A DNA stretch of 53,032 bases from Betaproteobacteria bacterium RBG_16_66_20 (GTDB lineage: Bacteria; Pseudomonadota; Gammaproteobacteria; Burkholderiales; SG8-39): contig MEQQ01000066.1 in NCBI GenBank assembly GCA_001770285.1, forward strand, positions 15,058 through 68,089. The letters run 5' to 3'. Position numbers and translations under genes: made by a program. How positions within the stretch are numbered: position 1 is the stretch's first letter; each line of letters starts with the position of its first letter. Of the stretch, positions 48,799 through 53,032 are shown in pieces. The notes under the pieces are model-generated. The model worked only from the letters and a program-made list of their open reading frames with translations. It searched no databases and was not told the origin of the DNA.

Positions 48799-49096
48799 AG
48801 ACGATCTGCACCCGCGCGAGGTAGTCGGCGTATTCGGCGATGCGCGCCTCGAGCCCGGCGCGGTCGCCGGCCTTCGCGCCGTCCTCGATCTGCTTGCCGA
48901 GCGTCGACACCAGCTCGAAACCGTAGGAGTTGCCCACACCCTTCATGCGGTGGCCGAGCTGGCGCAGCTGCTCCATGTTGCCCGCGGCAAGCGCCGCGCG
49001 CAGCGCTTCGACTTCCTTGGAGCGGTTTTTCATGAACGTCGGGATCAGGTCCTCGAGGTCCTTGGCAACGGTGACGGCAATCGGTTGGGCGGTCAT
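48791..49096 (-). CDS. Stand-alone histidine phosphotransfer (Hpt) protein
   Basis: The 101-aa helical protein has the Hpt signature LRQLGHRMKGVGNSYGFELV. Confidence 0.8.
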   Translation of the reverse strand: MTAQPIAVTVAKDLEDLIPTFMKNRSKEVEALRAALAAGNMEQLRQLGHRMKGVGNSYGFELVSTLGKQIEDGAKAGDRAGLEARIAEYADYLARVQIVYE

Positions 49097-49149
49097 GAAA
49101 CGATTATAAGGTGTTGAAGAAAAAGCCGCTTTCTGCAGTGTTGTGAAAG

Positions 49150-52107
49150 TCAGTGAAAGTCCCGCGAGCGCAGCCTGAGGCCGCCGGGCGAGCCTCCCTG
49201 CAGGCGTACGAGGAGCCGGCTGTGGTCCTCCAGCCGCCGCGCGATCAGGTGCACCACCCGGCCCTCCCGCTCGATCACCCCCTCCACCCCCAGCAGGCGC
49301 GCGCCGAGCAATTCCCGGCGCTGGCGCTCGAGCAGGCTGCGCCAGACCACCACGTTGACGCAGCCGCTCTCGTCCTCGAGCGTCACGAACACCACCCCGC
49401 TCGCGGTATCCGGCCGCTGCCGGCAGGTGACCAGCCCGGCAGCGCGCGCGAGGCTGCCATGCGGAAGCAAACAGAGGTTTTCTGCTTTTACTATCTTTAG
49501 TTTTCCCAGGTGATTTCTCAAAAGAGCGAGCGGATGTCTTCCCAGCGTGAAACCAAGGCTCCGGTAGTCGGCCACGATCTCCTCGCCTTCGGCAGGGGGC
49601 TCGAATTCAGGTTGGTTTTTCGTTCTTGTATCTGAAGACAAAAAGGCAGTTCCTTTCTCAACCCCGGACGCGGCCCAATGCGCGCTCCTGCGATGCCCCG
49701 CCAGGGACTGCAGCGCGCCCGCCGCAGCCAGGCAGTTCAGGTCCCTGCGGTTCAGGCCGGCGCGCTGCGCGAGATCCGCGACCGAAGCGCAGGGCCTGCT
49801 CGCCACGATCCGCTCCCCCGCAGCGGCGGCAAGGCCACCCACCATGCGCAAACCCAGGCGTACTGCGCCGTCCTCGAGCGTGCAGTCCCACTGGCTGAGC
49901 GCCGCGTCCGCCGGCCTGACTTCGACGCCGTGCCGCCGCGCATCCTGGACCAGTTGCGAAGGGCTGTAGAACCCCATCGGCTGGCTGTTGAGCAGCGCAG
50001 CGAGGAACGCCGCCGGATGGTGGCGCTTGAGCCAGGCCGAGGCGTAGACCAGCAGCGCGAAGCTCGCCGAGTGCGACTCGGGAAAGCCGTAGTCGCCGAA
50101 CCCCAGGATCTGGCGGTAGACCGCGTCGGCGAATGCCGGCGCATAGCCGTTCCTGCGCATCCCGCCTTTCAGTTTCTCCTCGAAAGGCTCGAGGCCGCCC
50201 TTCTTCTTCCATGCCGCCATCGAACGGCGCAGCTGGTCCGCCTCGCCGGGCGAGAAACCGGCGGCGACCATGGCGAGCTGCATCACCTGCTCCTGGAAGA
50301 TCGGTATGCCGAGCGTGCGCGCGAGCACGCTCTTCACCGCCCCGCTCGGATAGGCCACCGGCTCCAGGCCCTGCCGGCGGCGCAGGTACGGATGCACCAT
50401 GCCGCCCTGGATCGGCCCCGGGCGCACGATCGCCACTTCGATCACCAGGTCGTAGAAATTCTCCGGCTTCAGGCGCGGCAGCATCGACATCTGCGCGCGC
50501 GATTCGATCTGGAACACCCCGACGGTGTCGGCTCGCTGGATCATCTCGTAGACGGCGGGGTCTTCGGCGGGAATGTCTTGCATTTTTTTTCCTATGAAAT
50601 TCAACCCCCGGCGAAGGGCGGACAACATTCCCAGCGCCAGCACGTCCACCTTCAGCAGGCCGAGCGATTCCAGGTCGTCCTTGTCCCACTGGATCACCGT
50701 GCGATCCGCCATCGCCGCGTTCTCGACCGGCACCAGCTCGGCGAGCGGCCCGCGCGAGATGACGAAGCCGCCCACGTGCTGTGAGAGGTGCCGGGGAAAG
50801 CCAATCAGTGTTTCAACCAGATTCAAAAATGGACTCGATGAACCAAGTACCCTGTTGAGATCGCGCATGGCGCTTTTGCGCCGGTAGCAGATCACGCTCG
50901 CGGCGAGCGCCGCGCGCTCGCGGCCGTATTTCCGGTAGAGGTACTGGATCACCTCCTCGCGCCGCTCGTGCTCGAAATCGACGTCGATGTCGGGCGGTTC
51001 GTTCCGCTCCCTGGAAATGAAGCGCTCGAACAGCATGTTCATCCGGGCGGGATCGACTTCCGTGATGCCGAGGCAGTAGCAGACCGCCGAGTTCGCCGCC
51101 GAACCCCGGCCCTGGCACAGGATGCCCCGCGAGCGCGCGAACTGCACCACGTCGTGCACCGTGAGGAAGAAAGCCTCGTAGCCGAGCTCGGCGATGAGCG
51201 CGAGCTCGCGCCCGACCAGCTCGCGCACAGGGGCGGGCGCGCCGCCCGGGAAGCGCCATTGCAGGCCCCCGGCGGCGAGCTTGCCGAGGTGCGAGGCCGG
51301 CGTCTCGCCCGCCGGCACCAGTTCCTTCGGGTACTCGTAGCGCAGCGCATCCAGCGAGAAGCGGCAGCGGTCCGCTATTTTCACTGTTTCTTTAATTAAA
51401 TCAAAAGGATACAGTTGCGCTATGCGTGCACGCAGGCGCAAATGTCTTTCGCCATTTGAAAAAAGATTTTTCCCGCAACACGCGACCGGAACCCCCAGGC
51501 GGATCGCGGTAAGCGCGTCCTGCAGGCGCCGGCGCGAGCGCAGGTGCATGTGCACGTCGCCCGCGGCCACCAGCGGCAGACCGGAATGCCTTGAAATTGC
51601 ATCCAATCGCCTTAATTTTCCCGAATCGTTCGGGCCGCAATGCAATTCCGCCGCGAGCCAGCTGCCGCCCGGGAACCGCTCCCGGATCCAGAGCGCATCG
51701 TCAAGGGATGGTCTTTCTCCCGGCACCCAGAGGAGCAGCAGACCGTCCTCCGAGTGCACTTCCAGATCCCCCCGGGAAAGCGAGTACGCCCCTTTTCGCG
51801 CGCGCCTTCGCGCCGTGGTGATCAGCGCTGCGAGCGCGCCGTAGGCCCTGCGGTCCGGCGCGAGCAGGACCAGCTTCAGGCCGTCCTGCAGCAGGAACTC
51901 GGAACCGACGACCAGCTTGAAACCTTTTTCCTTCGCCGCCACGTGGGCGCGCACGATTCCCGCGAGCGAGCATTCGTCGGTGAGCGCGAGCGCCGCGTAG
52001 CCGAGCGCCGCGGCGCGCGCCGCGAGTTCCTCCGGCTGCGAGGCGCCGCGCAGGAAGCTGAAGTTCGACAGGCAGTGCAGCTCCGCGTATTCAGGCAAAC
52101 AGGCCAT
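49150..52107 (-). CDS. dnaE2: Error-prone DNA polymerase DnaE2 (ImuC)
   Basis: The PHP N-terminus is [25 protein letters not shown]. The Pol III alpha core shows [16 protein letters not shown] and [14 protein letters not shown], and an OB-fold C-terminus follows. The start is set at ATG 52107, overlapping the imuB stop by 17 nt. Confidence 0.93.
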   Translation of the reverse strand: MACLPEYAELHCLSNFSFLRGASQPEELAARAAALGYAALALTDECSLAGIVRAHVAAKEKGFKLVVGSEFLLQDGLKLVLLAPDRRAYGALAALITTARRRARKGAYSLSRGDLEVHSEDGLLLLWVPGERPSLDDALWIRERFPGGSWLAAELHCGPNDSGKLRRLDAISRHSGLPLVAAGDVHMHLRSRRRLQDALTAIRLGVPVACCGKNLFSNGERHLRLRARIAQLYPFDLIKETVKIADRCRFSLDALRYEYPKELVPAGETPASHLGKLAAGGLQWRFPGGAPAPVRELVGRELALIAELGYEAFFLTVHDVVQFARSRGILCQGRGSAANSAVCYCLGITEVDPARMNMLFERFISRERNEPPDIDVDFEHERREEVIQYLYRKYGRERAALAASVICYRRKSAMRDLNRVLGSSSPFLNLVETLIGFPRHLSQHVGGFVISRGPLAELVPVENAAMADRTVIQWDKDDLESLGLLKVDVLALGMLSALRRGLNFIGKKMQDIPAEDPAVYEMIQRADTVGVFQIESRAQMSMLPRLKPENFYDLVIEVAIVRPGPIQGGMVHPYLRRRQGLEPVAYPSGAVKSVLARTLGIPIFQEQVMQLAMVAAGFSPGEADQLRRSMAAWKKKGGLEPFEEKLKGGMRRNGYAPAFADAVYRQILGFGDYGFPESHSASFALLVYASAWLKRHHPAAFLAALLNSQPMGFYSPSQLVQDARRHGVEVRPADAALSQWDCTLEDGAVRLGLRMVGGLAAAAGERIVASRPCASVADLAQRAGLNRRDLNCLAAAGALQSLAGHRRSAHWAASGVEKGTAFLSSDTRTKNQPEFEPPAEGEEIVADYRSLGFTLGRHPLALLRNHLGKLKIVKAENLCLLPHGSLARAAGLVTCRQRPDTASGVVFVTLEDESGCVNVVVWRSLLERQRRELLGARLLGVEGVIEREGRVVHLIARRLEDHSRLLVRLQGGSPGGLRLRSRDFH

Positions 52108-53032
52108 GCAGGAACCAGTCCCCTCCCGGCTGCGCGCCCCGCTCCCGGTAGATCCACGCCAGCGAGGCTTCACCGGTGCGCGCGATGAAGTAGTCGCGCC
52201 GCGCCTCGGCGCCGTCCCACCAGCCCGACTCGATGCGCTCCGGCCCCGCGAGCAGCGTGAACTCGCCCTCCCGGATGCGGCGCGGCGCCTCGAGCAGCCA
52301 CAGGGGGCGCGGACTGGGGATTTCGTTTTGTTTTTCGATTGAATTCATGTTTTTTATTCCAAGTCCAATACGACAAAAGGCAAATTCCGGGCGGTGATCT
52401 TCATGAATTCCAAGGCCGTGCACCGCCTCGTTCCCGAGCCGCGCCTGCAGGCGCTCGATCAACCGCAGCCATTCCTCTGCGCTGCCGCGCCGATCATCGA
52501 AAAGGTTCTGGTTTTGTTCCGGAATATTTTCCAGGTCCCCGGCTTCGATCCCGATCGCCTCGATCGGCGACCTGAGCGCCAGCGCACCCAGGCGCTCGCG
52601 CAGCAGGCGCGCGAAATGCTCCGCGCCGCGGCCGGGCGCGGCGAGCCCCACTTTCACTTCGGTGGCGGGCAGGCCGTCGTGCAGCAGTTCGAGGACGAAG
52701 GCCCGCACCCCGGCCTGGCGCGCGGCGAGGAAGCCTTCCATCTGCGCGAGCAGCCGCCGCGCGGCGAACAGCGCGTTTTCGGCCTGCATCACCGGCGCGG
52801 GCAATTCGAGCCGCGCCGAAAAGCGCGCCGGCGGCACGAAGAATTCACGCGCCTCGGGCGCCTGGCCGCAGGCCTGGCCGAGCTCCTCGAGCAGGCCCTG
52901 CCCGAAACGCAGCGCCACGCCCTCGCGCGGCAGGCGCATCAGCCCGCCGATGGTCCTTATCCCGAGACTGGAGAGCAATTCGAGCGCCGCCGGGGCGAGG
53001 CCGGTCACGGCGACCGGCAGCGCCTCCAGCCT
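52091..53032 (-). CDS. imuB: ImuB (Y-family polymerase-like SOS mutagenesis protein), C-terminal part; gene continues past the window end
   Basis: The frame is open to the window edge (…[44 protein letters not shown]…). It lies immediately upstream of, and overlaps, dnaE2, as in imuA-imuB-dnaE2 cassettes. Confidence 0.85.
   Translation of the reverse strand, partial: RLEALPVAVTGLAPAALELLSSLGIRTIGGLMRLPREGVALRFGQGLLEELGQACGQAPEAREFFVPPARFSARLELPAPVMQAENALFAARRLLAQMEGFLAARQAGVRAFVLELLHDGLPATEVKVGLAAPGRGAEHFARLLRERLGALALRSPIEAIGIEAGDLENIPEQNQNLFDDRRGSAEEWLRLIERLQARLGNEAVHGLGIHEDHRPEFAFCRIGLGIKNMNSIEKQNEIPSPRPLWLLEAPRRIREGEFTLLAGPERIESGWWDGAEARRDYFIARTGEASLAWIYRERGAQPGGDWFLHGLFA

Overview
This 53 kb window comes from a high-GC proteobacterial chromosome. 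The gene order (dapC-dapD...dapE, rimP-nusA-infB-rbfA-truB-rpsO-pnp) suggests a betaproteobacterium, but that is inference only. About 37 kb is conserved housekeeping or metabolic DNA: smc (5' part), queF, dapC-dapD-(PilT/PilU-like ATPase)-dapE-prmB, a CHAD protein, a tRNA Pro-Arg-His operon, dksA, the pnp/rpsO/truB/rbfA/infB/nusA/rimP block, rluB-scpB-scpA, trpS, a site-2 protease, yciO, several metabolic enzymes, a very large fused flavin/Fe-S oxidoreductase, a liv-type ABC transporter, pncB, and an SRAP-lexA SOS module with two SOS boxes. The right end carries imuB (partial) and dnaE2. The most unusual region lies between lexA and dnaE2 (about 38.0-49.1 kb). It is a dense signalling locus made of seven parts. 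(1) A TPR plus beta-barrel outer-membrane protein that looks like a Slam/DUF560 translocon. (2) A FecR-domain protein with a TbpB-like C-terminal barrel. (3) A free receiver. (4) A divergent CHASE2 hybrid histidine kinase (HisKA-HATPase-REC-Hpt). (5) A convergent operon encoding a free Hpt. (6) A REC-class III nucleotidyl cyclase. (7) A REC-Hanks Ser/Thr kinase. A second PAS kinase/receiver pair sits alongside. I read this as one envelope-sensing phosphorelay with branched outputs, and I know of no characterised system with this composition. All calls come from reading the sequence and the ORF translations by eye; no database search was run. Many long ORFs in the supplied track are antisense shadows typical of high-GC DNA, and many track starts are too far upstream because the track takes the longest ATG/GTG/TTG ORF.
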